Positions 35,774-45,689 are shown, counted from the stretch's first letter. The stretch is DNA of 64,000 nucleotides from an uncultured Candidatus Saccharibacteria bacterium (GCA_964584265.1 CAZOZI010000002.1:2340-66339); one strand, 5' to 3'. A program made the numbers and translations. Notes: generated by a model not told the origin, from the sequence alone.

Positions 35774-36190
35774 TTAGATGCCTATAGCCCACCGTTTTTG
35801 TTCGAAAAAGTCTGCTTCCTCCTGCCATGTTAAAAGGTCAGCAAGATTGTCAGGGGCAACCCAATTAGCTTCTACTACATCACTAGCCAAAGGACAAAGC
35901 GCTATCTCACCAGTAATACAGAAAAACATATCAATATGCTTTTTTACTGAAGGGAATCGATCATTGTTAGCCGTAAATCCCATCCGCGACACAAGGCCGA
36001 GATAGCATATAACTTCTATTCTAGTAAGGCCGCTTTCTTCGTGTATCTCCCGAAGAGCATTCTCTTCTGGTGTCTCTCCTGTTTCGCGCTCTCCTTTAGG
36101 AAAAGTATGTTTACCAATTTGATTAGTAACAACTAGAACCTGTCTATTTGGATTAAGCACAATCCCGCCGGCAGATGTTATATGTCTCAT
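35774..36190 (-). CDS. NUDIX hydrolase
   Basis: Nudix box PKGERETGETPEENALREIHEESGL. Confidence 0.8.
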   Translation of the reverse strand: MRHITSAGGIVLNPNRQVLVVTNQIGKHTFPKGERETGETPEENALREIHEESGLTRIEVICYLGLVSRMGFTANNDRFPSVKKHIDMFFCITGEIALCPLASDVVEANWVAPDNLADLLTWQEEADFFEQKRWAIGI

Positions 36191-36207
36191 AATCGCAATA
36201 ATTTTGA

Positions 36208-36225
36208 TGGTGCGCGAGAGAGGAC
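36208..36225 (-). repeat. 18-nt direct repeat of the tRNA-Leu(CAG) 3' end (att-like)
   Basis: tggtgcgcgagagaggac is identical at 36208-36225 and 36340-36357. Confidence 0.85.
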
Positions 36226-36339
36226 AGCGCTCCGGCTTTGCGCGGAGCTAACCTCCTCGTTCGCTGACGCTCACTTCATGGAGCTTCAAGAATCTATCAT
36301 ACCAGTCCTACTTCCGACCACAAGGGTCTGAACTAGGAC

Positions 36340-36426
36340 TGGTGCGCGAGAGAGGACTTGAACCTCCATGAACCGAAGTCCACTAGCTCCTGAAGCTAGC
36401 GCGTCTACCAATTCCGCCACTCGCGC
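36340..36426 (-). tRNA. tRNA-Leu (anticodon CAG), CCA encoded
   Basis: Type II tRNA: acceptor GCGCGAG/CUCGCGC, anticodon arm CUAGC-UUCAGGA-GCUAG, long variable arm, T-loop UUCAAGU. Confidence 0.9.
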
Positions 36427-36470
36427 AAAGAACAGAGGTTATTTTAGTCTAATTAGGCTGTATTAGAAAG

Positions 36471-38258
36471 CTATTTGTATACTTTGGTTTGTTTAATCAT
36501 CCAGTTTTGGACGTTGGCGTAGCGATCAACGTCAGCATTCATAGTAGTCGGTGAAAAGTTAAATAATTTTCCACGAGTTATATACAAAAAGCGCGGTTGA
36601 TACAGCGCCAGAGCCGGCGCATCATTGCGCCAGGCACCCAAAAAAGCTCTGTATTTAATAGTTCGCAATGCGGAGTCGGTGCGTGTCCGTCCTGCCTCCA
36701 AACTGCTGTCGGCAACCGAGGAACGGTATTCTGAGAAATTCAGACGGTTATTAGCCCGCACATCAGCTTGTGAGCTATGCCAATAGGCAAACACATCAGG
36801 ATCTGTCCCGATAGCAATACCATAGAGCAGCGCGTCGTAGTTATGGAAAGCCAGCGCTCCTTGTAGATCGCTGCTCGGCTCAAGATAAACCTGGACGTCA
36901 ACACCAACTGCTCGCCACTGTTTTTGTAGGACTTGAGTGACAAAAGTGTACTCGCTGGTGTTTTGGGAGTAAAGCCGAAAGCTCAACGTTTTACCGTTTT
37001 TAGTTCGTAGGCCATCGTTGCCCATATGCCAGCCTGCCCCATCGAGCAGTCTATTTGCCTCGGCAACGTTTTGCATAGGTTGTTGCAAATTTTTATCAAA
37101 ACCAATCTGGCTACTGAGAATCGGTTCGCGAACGGGTATAACCGGATAGCCCAATCGTTGCAGTACCTCGTTGGTGTTACTAGCCAACACTAGCGCTTTG
37201 CGCACATTTACATCTTGCAGAACTTCTTGAGAGGTTTTGAAAAAGACAAAAACTGCACTGGTAAGAGGAATGTTGTAATCAAAAACAGTGTGGTCTGATT
37301 TAACCGCTTCGGGCACAGAACTAAGCCCGGCAACGGCTGTAAGCTCTTGATGATTAAAGCTGTCGACCATATGTTTCTCATCATGAAAGGCACGAATGAT
37401 AAAACTACTCAACCTTGGGCTTCCCTGGTGATATTGGGTGAATGGTATAAGGCCCACACGTTCTTCGCGCGTTTCTGGCGTGTCACCAATTACTTCTATG
37501 TCTTTCCATTGAAATGGGCCGGAGCCAACTGGATGTACGCTATTAAACGGCACCGAGCGCAATTGAGCAGGTGGTAGTCCATCGAGCAGGTGCTGAGGGA
37601 CGATTCCGTTAGTTAAACTATACATAAACGCACTCAGTGAATTTGGTAGCGTAAAGGTAACAGTCAGAGGGTTGGGTGCGCTAACCTTGATACCCTGCCA
37701 GCTACTACGAAGTGGTGACTGTGCATCAGGATTTTGAATAACATTGTAAGTAAAAGCTACATCTGCGCTTGTTAACGGCTGACCGTCTTGCCACATTAAA
37801 TTTGGTCTCAAATGAACGGTATAGAGTGTGCCATGTGGATCAACTTCGTAGCTTTGGGCTAAATCACCGACGAGATGGTTACCACTATCAAAACTAAATA
37901 AGCCTGAAAAGACCAAATGAGTCACAGCTGCATCCACAGTTCCCGTGGCATATAGTGGATTAGCGTTGGTGAACGCGCCGAGTATACCTTCGGTATAGAT
38001 GCCCCCAGGCGACGGTTCTGATTTTTGGTAGTAATGACCCAGATTGTGTATTTGCAAAATAACACCACCAATCAGCAGCAGCACCAAGAGCAGCCATGCC
38101 ACAATAAAACGTCGAACCCCCCACAACTGATTAAGGCGCTTGAAAAAATGGCGTTCTAAATGCTGTTCGGCCTGTTGGCCTGCACCCTGTACTTGCTGAC
38201 GTTTGCGGCGATAGCGGCGGCGCCAGCGTAACTTTACTGCTCTATTTATTATCATCAA
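36471..38258 (-). CDS. ABC-transporter substrate-binding protein, family 5 (peptide/nickel type), N-terminal TM anchor
   Basis: 595 aa; LVGDLAQSYEVDPHGTLYTVHLRPNLMWQDGQPLTSADVAFTYN is typical of SBP_bac_5. No permease or ATPase genes are adjacent. Confidence 0.8.
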   Translation of the reverse strand: MMIINRAVKLRWRRRYRRKRQQVQGAGQQAEQHLERHFFKRLNQLWGVRRFIVAWLLLVLLLIGGVILQIHNLGHYYQKSEPSPGGIYTEGILGAFTNANPLYATGTVDAAVTHLVFSGLFSFDSGNHLVGDLAQSYEVDPHGTLYTVHLRPNLMWQDGQPLTSADVAFTYNVIQNPDAQSPLRSSWQGIKVSAPNPLTVTFTLPNSLSAFMYSLTNGIVPQHLLDGLPPAQLRSVPFNSVHPVGSGPFQWKDIEVIGDTPETREERVGLIPFTQYHQGSPRLSSFIIRAFHDEKHMVDSFNHQELTAVAGLSSVPEAVKSDHTVFDYNIPLTSAVFVFFKTSQEVLQDVNVRKALVLASNTNEVLQRLGYPVIPVREPILSSQIGFDKNLQQPMQNVAEANRLLDGAGWHMGNDGLRTKNGKTLSFRLYSQNTSEYTFVTQVLQKQWRAVGVDVQVYLEPSSDLQGALAFHNYDALLYGIAIGTDPDVFAYWHSSQADVRANNRLNFSEYRSSVADSSLEAGRTRTDSALRTIKYRAFLGAWRNDAPALALYQPRFLYITRGKLFNFSPTTMNADVDRYANVQNWMIKQTKVYK

Positions 38259-38264
38259 TAAAAA

Positions 38265-38477
38265 TTAGGAAACGACTCCTAGAATGAGCGACAATGCAAA
38301 AATTACCACTAGAATAATAGTCAATTGATGCAGCGTTTTGTCGGAACCTCGCCGGACCGTGTTGACCTCACCACCACCACCTAATCCAGCCCCTAATGAA
38401 GCTCCTCTGGTCTGAATTAAGATTAAAATCGTAAGCAGTATCATTGATCCGATAGAAACATAATTGAGCCAGCTCAT
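38265..38477 (-). CDS. secG: Preprotein translocase subunit SecG
   Basis: MSWLNYVSIGSMILLTILILIQTRGASLGAGLGGGG is the SecG hallmark (TM, G-rich loop, TM). GGAGGG Shine-Dalgarno. Trimmed from ORF 38265-38525. Confidence 0.8.
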   Translation of the reverse strand: MSWLNYVSIGSMILLTILILIQTRGASLGAGLGGGGEVNTVRRGSDKTLHQLTIILVVIFALSLILGVVS

Positions 38478-38836
38478 TTTCCCTCCAATATGGTTGTCAC
38501 TAAATAGTTTACTAAGCCGATGCATAATCCGGCAAGCATAGCAGCGCCAAAATTACGAACATAAAGTTCAGGGTACAGTTTACTTACTAACAAAACCATG
38601 AGCCCATTGATAACAATCATAAACAGCCCAAGGCTAAAAAGTATAGCAGGTAAGGACAAAATAACTACTATTGGTTTAATGATCGTGTTAACAACAGCAA
38701 GCATGAGCCCAGCGATAATAATGACCACGAGTCGACTACCGTATGTAATTTTACTTTCTAGCAAACCGGCCGCAATCCACAGCCCAAGACTACAAACAAA
38801 CCAACGAACCAAAAAACGGCTACTAGGACTATTCAT
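38474..38836 (-). CDS. Phage-holin-family-4 / DUF360 membrane protein
   Basis: 120 aa, 4 TM; IIKPIVVILSLPAILFSLGLFMIVINGLML resembles the YvlD/DUF360 family. Confidence 0.65.
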   Translation of the reverse strand: MNSPSSRFLVRWFVCSLGLWIAAGLLESKITYGSRLVVIIIAGLMLAVVNTIIKPIVVILSLPAILFSLGLFMIVINGLMVLLVSKLYPELYVRNFGAAMLAGLCIGLVNYLVTTILEGK

Positions 38837-38841
38837 GCTTG

Positions 38842-40086
38842 TTATATTTTATCATCACGCTTAAGCTCACGGCTCAAACTATCACTGAGAACTTTAATGC
38901 CTGTTGGAACTACGAGAACATCATCCTCAATGCGCACACCAATACCCTCCTCGGGTATATATATGCCTGGTTCGACAGTAAGTACCATGTTAGCCTCAAG
39001 TGGGCGCTCATAATCGGCTGCGTCATGAGCATCCAGGCCTAGGTGATGCGAAGTAGCATGTGGGAAATATTGACGAATCGCTTCATGCTCAGAGTTTTTA
39101 ATCAGACCCAGCTCACGAAGTTTTTCTCCCATGTATTCTTCAATCAGTTTTTCATATTCCTTAATAAGAACTCCCGGTTTGAGCTGGCTGTAGGCAAATT
39201 GTTGCGCATCGATGACGGCTGCGAAAATCTGTTTTTGCCGCTTTGTCGGTTGCTGAAGAGTATATGTCCGTGAAATATCAGCTGCGTAGTTTTCTACTTC
39301 TGCTGAAACATCCAGCAAGAGAAGTCCTTTGGGCTCTAACGGTGCATTATTAGCTACATAGTGAATAGTGCAAGCATTGTTACCACTAGCCACAATTGGG
39401 GTAAAGCCGTGGCCAGCCGCGCCTCTTTTGCGGAAACCGGCGGTAATGGCTGCCTCAATTTCATACTCATATCGGTATTGGGTAAAACCACGACGACTGA
39501 CGGACCGCAGAGTATCCATAGTTACACCGATAGCTTGTTTTAAAGCAGTTAACTCAACTGGTTGCTTGACCATGCGCAGAATCGCAAGATGCTGTCGCAG
39601 ATCAAGTGGCTCAATAGCCGGATTTATTTCTTTGACTCTCCCCAATAGCCTTGCGCGGGCAGGGTTAGTATACAGTCCGTAAAACTCCAAATAAGCTGCA
39701 GGGGGTGCCAGTGTAGCAAAGTGCTTTGCGCGTTTCATTCGAGCACCGAGCTGACGCCAGCCTTCCTTTTCATTCAATACCGTTGTAATACCAGAACGCC
39801 GTGTCATGGCCTCAGCCTGAAGAGTACCATCAAACTTTTCCATCACCTCTTCGCGCGCGGGCAATATGAGATACTCTTTTTGTTTGTCCATCACCAGAAC
39901 GATATCTGGATCGTTAATACCAGTAAGGTACCAAAAATTGCTGTCCTGCCGGAATAAGTAATTAGCGGTGCCATTGCGTTGCAATACCCCATTGGCAGCA
40001 ATTACTATCGGAGCGGTACCCTTAAACAGACTACGTAGCTTTTGACGATTCTGCACAAAGAAATCACTAGTGAACAATGACTCCAT
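38842..40086 (-). CDS. pepP: Xaa-Pro aminopeptidase (M24B family)
   Basis: Metal-ligand motifs DVSAEVENYAADISRT, HATSHHLGLDAHD, TVEPGIY and VRIEDDVLV. Confidence 0.85.
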   Translation of the reverse strand: MESLFTSDFFVQNRQKLRSLFKGTAPIVIAANGVLQRNGTANYLFRQDSNFWYLTGINDPDIVLVMDKQKEYLILPAREEVMEKFDGTLQAEAMTRRSGITTVLNEKEGWRQLGARMKRAKHFATLAPPAAYLEFYGLYTNPARARLLGRVKEINPAIEPLDLRQHLAILRMVKQPVELTALKQAIGVTMDTLRSVSRRGFTQYRYEYEIEAAITAGFRKRGAAGHGFTPIVASGNNACTIHYVANNAPLEPKGLLLLDVSAEVENYAADISRTYTLQQPTKRQKQIFAAVIDAQQFAYSQLKPGVLIKEYEKLIEEYMGEKLRELGLIKNSEHEAIRQYFPHATSHHLGLDAHDAADYERPLEANMVLTVEPGIYIPEEGIGVRIEDDVLVVPTGIKVLSDSLSRELKRDDKI

Positions 40087-40107
40087 AATCAGCGCCTAGT
40101 ATACCAG

Positions 40108-41616
40108 TTAATGCGAGCGTTCTGTGCGAGTGGGATGTAGATATTGTTTCAAAGTAGCTGCTTTTTTTGTGCCGACTGCTTTTTCGACTTCAGTCTGTTG
40201 GGCCTGTAAAAGTCCCTGCATACTACCGAAAGTCTTGATGAGCTTTTTACGAGTAGCTGGCCCGATGTTTGGAATGTCGTCGAGCAGGCTGGCTGTTTGG
40301 CGCTTAGTTTTCAACACCGTGTGATAACTGACAGCAAAACGGTGTGATTCATCGCGAATTCGCTGCAGTAATTTAACAACATGTGTGCTTTTTGGTAGTG
40401 ATATGACGCCAAATTCTTCATTGGTTTGCAAAAAACCGCCGCGTTCTTGTATAAATTTTTCATCAAGTTGAGCACCTGAGAGCTTTAAGTGCACAATGAT
40501 CTCCTCATCACGTTTAGCTAGTCCTATCATTGGGACAGTAAGACTAGCTGCATCTCTAGCTTTGAGAGCTGCTGTGAGCTGACCTTTACCACCGTCAATG
40601 AGCAAAAGGTTTGGCTCTCCCCAATCTTTACGATTTTGCTCACTCAAACGGCGACTGACTGCTTCTTCCATGTGTGCAAAGTCATTGTTGCCGGGTAGAC
40701 GTAATTTGAATTTTCGATATGCTGTTTTATTTGGTACGCCGCTCATAAAGACGACCATGCTAGCTACATTGTCAGTGCCAGACATGTGGCTTATGTCATA
40801 TCCTTCAATGCGACGTGGAATCTCTTTTAGACCAAGTACACCAGTTAACTCTACGAGTCCTTGGTCTTTACTGATATCCATAAATTCACGATCGCCAAAT
40901 ACCACTTGTTTACTGAGACTTTTAAGGGCAAAAAGCTGATTGCGGTATATACCGGCAGCTTCAAAATCCTCTTGCTTAGCTGCTTGCTTCATATCTTTTT
41001 CGATTTGCTGCATAAGTCTTACCCGCTCGCCTTTAAGATATTGCATCAACTTTTTTAGATTGGCTCGGTAGTCTTTTAAAGAAGTTTTGTTTTCTTCCAA
41101 ACCCGGGCACAGGCCTAAGTGGTACTGCAAGCAAGCTCGCTTGGGTATAACGCTTAGGTGTGTTGAATAAGGGAAAATTCGCCGCAGGTACTTCAAGGCT
41201 TTTTTGACACTTATGGCACTGAAATACGGACCAAAATACTGCGCTCCATCATCCAGCGGACGACGCGTTAACGTAACTGTGGGATGTGGCGAGCTATAGC
41301 TTATACGAACATAAACCAGGCTTTTATCATCGCGAAGCAGAATGTTATATGGGGGCAAGTATCGCCGTACCAATTCAGCCTCTAAAAATAGAGCATCAAG
41401 TTCCGTCTCAACTTCTGTCCAGTCAACGTCCGCAATATCTGCCACCAATGCATCTGTTTTAATGTCCCGTGTACGGCTTTTTTGGAAGTATTGCTTTACA
41501 CGGTTGCGCAAATTGGCTGCTTTGCCAATATAAATAATGTCACCAACTTTATTTTTATGAAAATACACACCGGGCGATTTAGGCAGCTTTGTTAACTTGC
41601 TTTCGAGTTTTGACAC
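40108..41616 (-). CDS. uvrC: Excinuclease ABC subunit C (short form, 502 aa)
   Basis: N-terminal GIY-YIG domain SPGVYFHKNKVGDIIYIGKAANLRNRVKQY, endonuclease V-like domain and C-terminal HhH (IPNIGPATRKKLIKTFGS). Confidence 0.9.
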   Translation of the reverse strand: MSKLESKLTKLPKSPGVYFHKNKVGDIIYIGKAANLRNRVKQYFQKSRTRDIKTDALVADIADVDWTEVETELDALFLEAELVRRYLPPYNILLRDDKSLVYVRISYSSPHPTVTLTRRPLDDGAQYFGPYFSAISVKKALKYLRRIFPYSTHLSVIPKRACLQYHLGLCPGLEENKTSLKDYRANLKKLMQYLKGERVRLMQQIEKDMKQAAKQEDFEAAGIYRNQLFALKSLSKQVVFGDREFMDISKDQGLVELTGVLGLKEIPRRIEGYDISHMSGTDNVASMVVFMSGVPNKTAYRKFKLRLPGNNDFAHMEEAVSRRLSEQNRKDWGEPNLLLIDGGKGQLTAALKARDAASLTVPMIGLAKRDEEIIVHLKLSGAQLDEKFIQERGGFLQTNEEFGVISLPKSTHVVKLLQRIRDESHRFAVSYHTVLKTKRQTASLLDDIPNIGPATRKKLIKTFGSMQGLLQAQQTEVEKAVGTKKAATLKQYLHPTRTERSH

Positions 41617-41738
41617 AATCTTATTATAGAAGAAGTATATGACGCGTTAAGAAGGATCGTGGAATAAGTTTTCTAAAAACTGAACGCCCATTGTTTGCAT
41701 CTGAGCCAAGACTGCACTAGCTGCGTCTACAACGTGAT

Positions 41739-41855
41739 TCACTTCAACAACAGCGCCAACATGGCAATAACACCCGCAAACATCAAATAGCCTGGAATAT
41801 CTTTATGATTTCTTAAGCGATCAATAGCAGAGCCATTTTTTTCAGATTCAGTCAT
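41739..41855 (-). CDS. Possible leaderless 38-aa tail-anchored micro-protein
   Basis: MTESEKNGSAIDRLRNHKDIPGYLMFAGVIAMLALLLK. Minus-strand promoter TTGCGC (41893-41888), 17 nt, TATAAT (41870-41865), 9 nt to the ATG. Below the ORF-track cut-off. Confidence 0.3.
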   Translation of the reverse strand: MTESEKNGSAIDRLRNHKDIPGYLMFAGVIAMLALLLK

Positions 41856-42091
41856 TTCATGCTAATTATACACTATTAATAATACTTGCGCAAGTAAACT
41901 ATTTGCTCTCCTTGGGCCAGATATGCTACACTCTTAAACTGTAATTACTTAAAGGAAAGGGCGGTATTTTAAAATGTACAAAACATTAAATTCTGTGTGC
42001 TTGGGTGCCGTCCAATCGGCTCTCTAGCTTAATCGAACAAAAATAAACTTAAAATATTAATAATCTAAGCCGCTGCAGGAGGCAGCGCGCT

Positions 42092-43870
42092 ATGAAATCA
42101 CGTTCTACAACTTCTAAAACCCTGCGACTCTATTGGCACCACATGTGGCGCTATCCTTTGTATGTCATTGGCATACTCTTAGTTACGCCCATATCAATTC
42201 TCTCAGAACAATACTTAAGTGTGCTGATACTGGCTGGCGTATTGGATCGACTCTCTAAAGGTAACTTTACGCCCAATCATTTTTGGGCTGATTTTGGTGC
42301 CAGCGTTTTGCTCTACGCTGTTCTTATGCTAGTGGGGACCATTGGTTGGCGTATTATTGACGCCTTCAACTGGCGGCTTGAGGCAGGAGTCCAGCGTGAC
42401 ATTGCTCAGCGAGTTTATGCTCATTTGATTGATCAAAGCGCTAACTTCCATGCTAACCGTTTTGGCGGCTCATTAGTTTCACAGACCAACAAACTGATGG
42501 GTAGTTATATCCGCTTTGCCGATACTACTATTTATCAAGTACTCCAACTGGTAACTGGTCTGATCTTTACTATTATTATCCTAGCCCCCAGAGTGCCCTT
42601 GTTTGTACTGCTACTGGTACTATTCTCTTTAACTTATATTGTCAGCGGCTTTTTTGTAACGCGCAAAGTCCGCTTTCTCAGCAGCGAACAGGCCAGCCTT
42701 GAAAGTAAGCAGACCGGTTATTTAGCCGACAGCGTTACTAACATTATGGCCATTAAAAGTTTTGCCGGTGGACACTATGAGCGTGGTCGCTTTGGTAGAA
42801 TTGCCGGCATGACGCGCGAGGGCACTTTAGCGGTCATGCGGGCTAGCCAGAAACAAATGGCCTATTTCAGTGTTATGAACAGACTTATTCTAATTCTGGC
42901 AATGATTATGGCGATAATTAGCGTCACGGTGTTTAACGTTAACATTGGGATTACGTTTTTAATCTTTAGCTACACCGGCAACTTAGTCGGACAACTCTGG
43001 AACTTCTGTAACAGTAGCCTGAAAAATTACAATCGCTCGTTTGGCGATGCGGCTGACATGACAGAAATCTTGCAACTTGAACCCGAGATCAAAGATCCGC
43101 AGAATCCTGAAAAGCCTATGATTAAAGATGGAGCGATTGCTTTCAAGCACGTAGCGTTCACCCATCAAGATGCCGGCGAAACACTTTTTGAAGATTTGAA
43201 TATTGATATTACAGCAGGTCAAAAAGTCGGCCTTGTAGGACATTCAGGCTCTGGCAAAACAACTTTCACTCGGCTACTGCTACGTTTTAGTGATATTGAT
43301 GGAGGTGAAATCTTAATTGATAGGCAAAATATAGCCCACCTAGCGCAAGATGATCTACACAAACATATTGCATATGTGCCTCAAGAACCAATCATGTTCC
43401 ACCGAACCCTAACGGATAATATTCGCTATGGCAATTTTAAAGGCAGCGATGAAGATGTTATTGCAGCAGCTAAGGTAGCACATGCTCACGAGTTTATTAT
43501 CAAATTGCCACTTGGCTACGAGACCATGGTGGGAGAACGTGGTGTTAAGCTTTCCGGCGGTCAGCGCCAGCGTATCGCCATTGCTCGCGCCATGATTAAA
43601 AACGCGCCGATTTTAGTGCTGGATGAAGCAACTAGCGCACTGGACAGCGAGAGTGAGTTACTAATTCAGCAAGCATTGTGGAAGTTGATGGAAGGACGCA
43701 CCGCTATTGTTATTGCCCACCGCCTAAGCACCGTGCAAAAAATGGACCGTATTGTTGTGCTTGAGGACGGCAAAATTGTTGAGGAAGGTTCTCATAAAGA
43801 GCTGCTCGCTCAGAACGGCGTTTATGCAAATCTATGGGCCCACCAAAGCGGAGGCTTTTTAGATGAATGA
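42092..43870 (+). CDS. ABC exporter, fused permease/ATPase (MsbA/MDR type), subunit 1
   Basis: 6-TM domain followed by Walker A GHSGSGKTT, signature LSGGQRQR and Walker B ILVLDEATSALD. GGAGG Shine-Dalgarno. Confidence 0.9.
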   Translation: MKSRSTTSKTLRLYWHHMWRYPLYVIGILLVTPISILSEQYLSVLILAGVLDRLSKGNFTPNHFWADFGASVLLYAVLMLVGTIGWRIIDAFNWRLEAGVQRDIAQRVYAHLIDQSANFHANRFGGSLVSQTNKLMGSYIRFADTTIYQVLQLVTGLIFTIIILAPRVPLFVLLLVLFSLTYIVSGFFVTRKVRFLSSEQASLESKQTGYLADSVTNIMAIKSFAGGHYERGRFGRIAGMTREGTLAVMRASQKQMAYFSVMNRLILILAMIMAIISVTVFNVNIGITFLIFSYTGNLVGQLWNFCNSSLKNYNRSFGDAADMTEILQLEPEIKDPQNPEKPMIKDGAIAFKHVAFTHQDAGETLFEDLNIDITAGQKVGLVGHSGSGKTTFTRLLLRFSDIDGGEILIDRQNIAHLAQDDLHKHIAYVPQEPIMFHRTLTDNIRYGNFKGSDEDVIAAAKVAHAHEFIIKLPLGYETMVGERGVKLSGGQRQRIAIARAMIKNAPILVLDEATSALDSESELLIQQALWKLMEGRTAIVIAHRLSTVQKMDRIVVLEDGKIVEEGSHKELLAQNGVYANLWAHQSGGFLDE

Positions 43871-45662
43871 CGAAACGCTATCAATCGGCCGTAGCTTTAC
43901 AATATTCTTACGCATCTTAGCCGTGGGATGGCAGATACGATCCCGGGCAGTCATAGGTTACTTTATAGGAGCACTGATTGAAATCAGTGGCATGCTTGTT
44001 TCAATCTTTGCTACTGCCAAGCTTGGAGCTCTGCTAGCAGGATTCATAACAACTGGCAGAACTGACTATATTTGGTTTTGGCTGATAATAGGTGTGGTTG
44101 CTAGCGCATGGTCGGGTCTAGGTTTCTTAGCAATGAATTATGCCAAGCGCATGATTTATTTCGCTTTTGTAGGTTGGGACATTAACACATTTCTATCAAC
44201 AGTTTGCCATATGGATATTGCTGACTTTTATGATCCGAAGTTAAGAAACCAGCTCAATAAAGTTGGCGCTACCTATATTTGGCAATTGCCTAATCTATCA
44301 GATGCCTGTCTAGATCTGCTCTATGGAATATTGCGTTTTATTGCCATTACGATAGTGGTAGCACAAATTACCTGGTGGCTTGTTCCCTTAATTGCCTTGT
44401 TTTTACTACCAACACTCATTGGCGAAAGCCGAATGGCTAAAATGCAGTGGTTTGTATGGGATAGTAAAGGCGATTTTAGGCACATTTTCTGGGGGCTTGA
44501 ATATATTATCAAGCAAGCCAAAGGCCAAATGGAACTGCGGAGTACACAAGCAACTAATTTTGTTCTTAGCAAAATTGATCAAATGAATGCTAGCTTTTAC
44601 CGAGAGCAAGAAAAAAAGTATAGCGATGCAAGTAAAGCACTCATAGGTACACGAATCATGGAAGTGTTTGGAACGGCTATTGGCTCAGTTGTTGTTTTGA
44701 AACAATTTCTAAACCATACAATTTCACTTGAGCGTTACTTCTTTCTATCAGGCGCACTATTCCGTATTGGCGGGGCCCTAAATAATATCTTCGGGACTTT
44801 GTCGCGCATGCAAGAAAGTTTGCTGTTTGCACACAGTTATTTCCAACTAGCTGAATCAGCCCCTAAACTGACTGATAAACAAGACGCAGTGCTACTGCCT
44901 AAAGCACAGGTACCAACTATTTTATTTAAAGACGTGTCGTTTGTTTATCCCGGCCAAACCGAGCCCGTTGTTGAAAACTTAAATCTAGAAATTAAAGCTG
45001 GAGAGCATGTTGCTTTAGTCGGAGAAAATGGTGCTGGCAAAACTACCATCATTAAATTACTACTCCGTTTCTACCAACCAACTACTGGTGAAATACTTGT
45101 TAATGGTAAGAATATTAACGATATCAATATTGAAAGCTGGTATGCTCAATTAGCTACCTTATTCCAAGACTTCAACCATTATCCTTTGACTATTGCAGAG
45201 AATATTGAGATTGGAAGATCTGGTGAAAAACCCGATGCTAAAATGCTAAAAAAAGCTGCCACATTTGGTAGCGTTGATCGAATGGTTAAAGATTACGAGC
45301 ATGGCTGGGATACGGTCCTGGACAGTAGTTTTAAAAAAGGCATTGAGCCTAGCGGCGGGCAATGGCAACGTGTAGCATTAGCCCGTGCTTTTTATAGAAA
45401 CGCAAATATGATTATTCTTGATGAGCCAACTTCAGCCATAGACGCCAAAGCCGAATACGAGATTTTCAACAACATCTTCAATCATTACGATAACAAAACA
45501 GCTCTGATTGTAAGCCATCGTTTTAGTACTGTCCGACGTGCTAACCGAATAGTAGTGCTTGATAGAGGTAATATTATGGAACAAGGAACACATCAGGAAC
45601 TACTGGAAAATAAAGGCATCTACCACGAAATGTTTACTAAACAAGCCGAAGGCTATAGATAA
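43863..45662 (+). CDS. ABC exporter, fused permease/ATPase, subunit 2 (heterodimer partner)
   Basis: Walker A GENGAGKTT, degenerate signature PSGGQWQR, Walker B IIILDEPTSAID. 8-nt overlap with subunit 1. Confidence 0.9.
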   Translation: MNDETLSIGRSFTIFLRILAVGWQIRSRAVIGYFIGALIEISGMLVSIFATAKLGALLAGFITTGRTDYIWFWLIIGVVASAWSGLGFLAMNYAKRMIYFAFVGWDINTFLSTVCHMDIADFYDPKLRNQLNKVGATYIWQLPNLSDACLDLLYGILRFIAITIVVAQITWWLVPLIALFLLPTLIGESRMAKMQWFVWDSKGDFRHIFWGLEYIIKQAKGQMELRSTQATNFVLSKIDQMNASFYREQEKKYSDASKALIGTRIMEVFGTAIGSVVVLKQFLNHTISLERYFFLSGALFRIGGALNNIFGTLSRMQESLLFAHSYFQLAESAPKLTDKQDAVLLPKAQVPTILFKDVSFVYPGQTEPVVENLNLEIKAGEHVALVGENGAGKTTIIKLLLRFYQPTTGEILVNGKNINDINIESWYAQLATLFQDFNHYPLTIAENIEIGRSGEKPDAKMLKKAATFGSVDRMVKDYEHGWDTVLDSSFKKGIEPSGGQWQRVALARAFYRNANMIILDEPTSAIDAKAEYEIFNNIFNHYDNKTALIVSHRFSTVRRANRIVVLDRGNIMEQGTHQELLENKGIYHEMFTKQAEGYR

Positions 45663-45689
45663 ATGCTTTAATTAAAGATTATCTACGAG

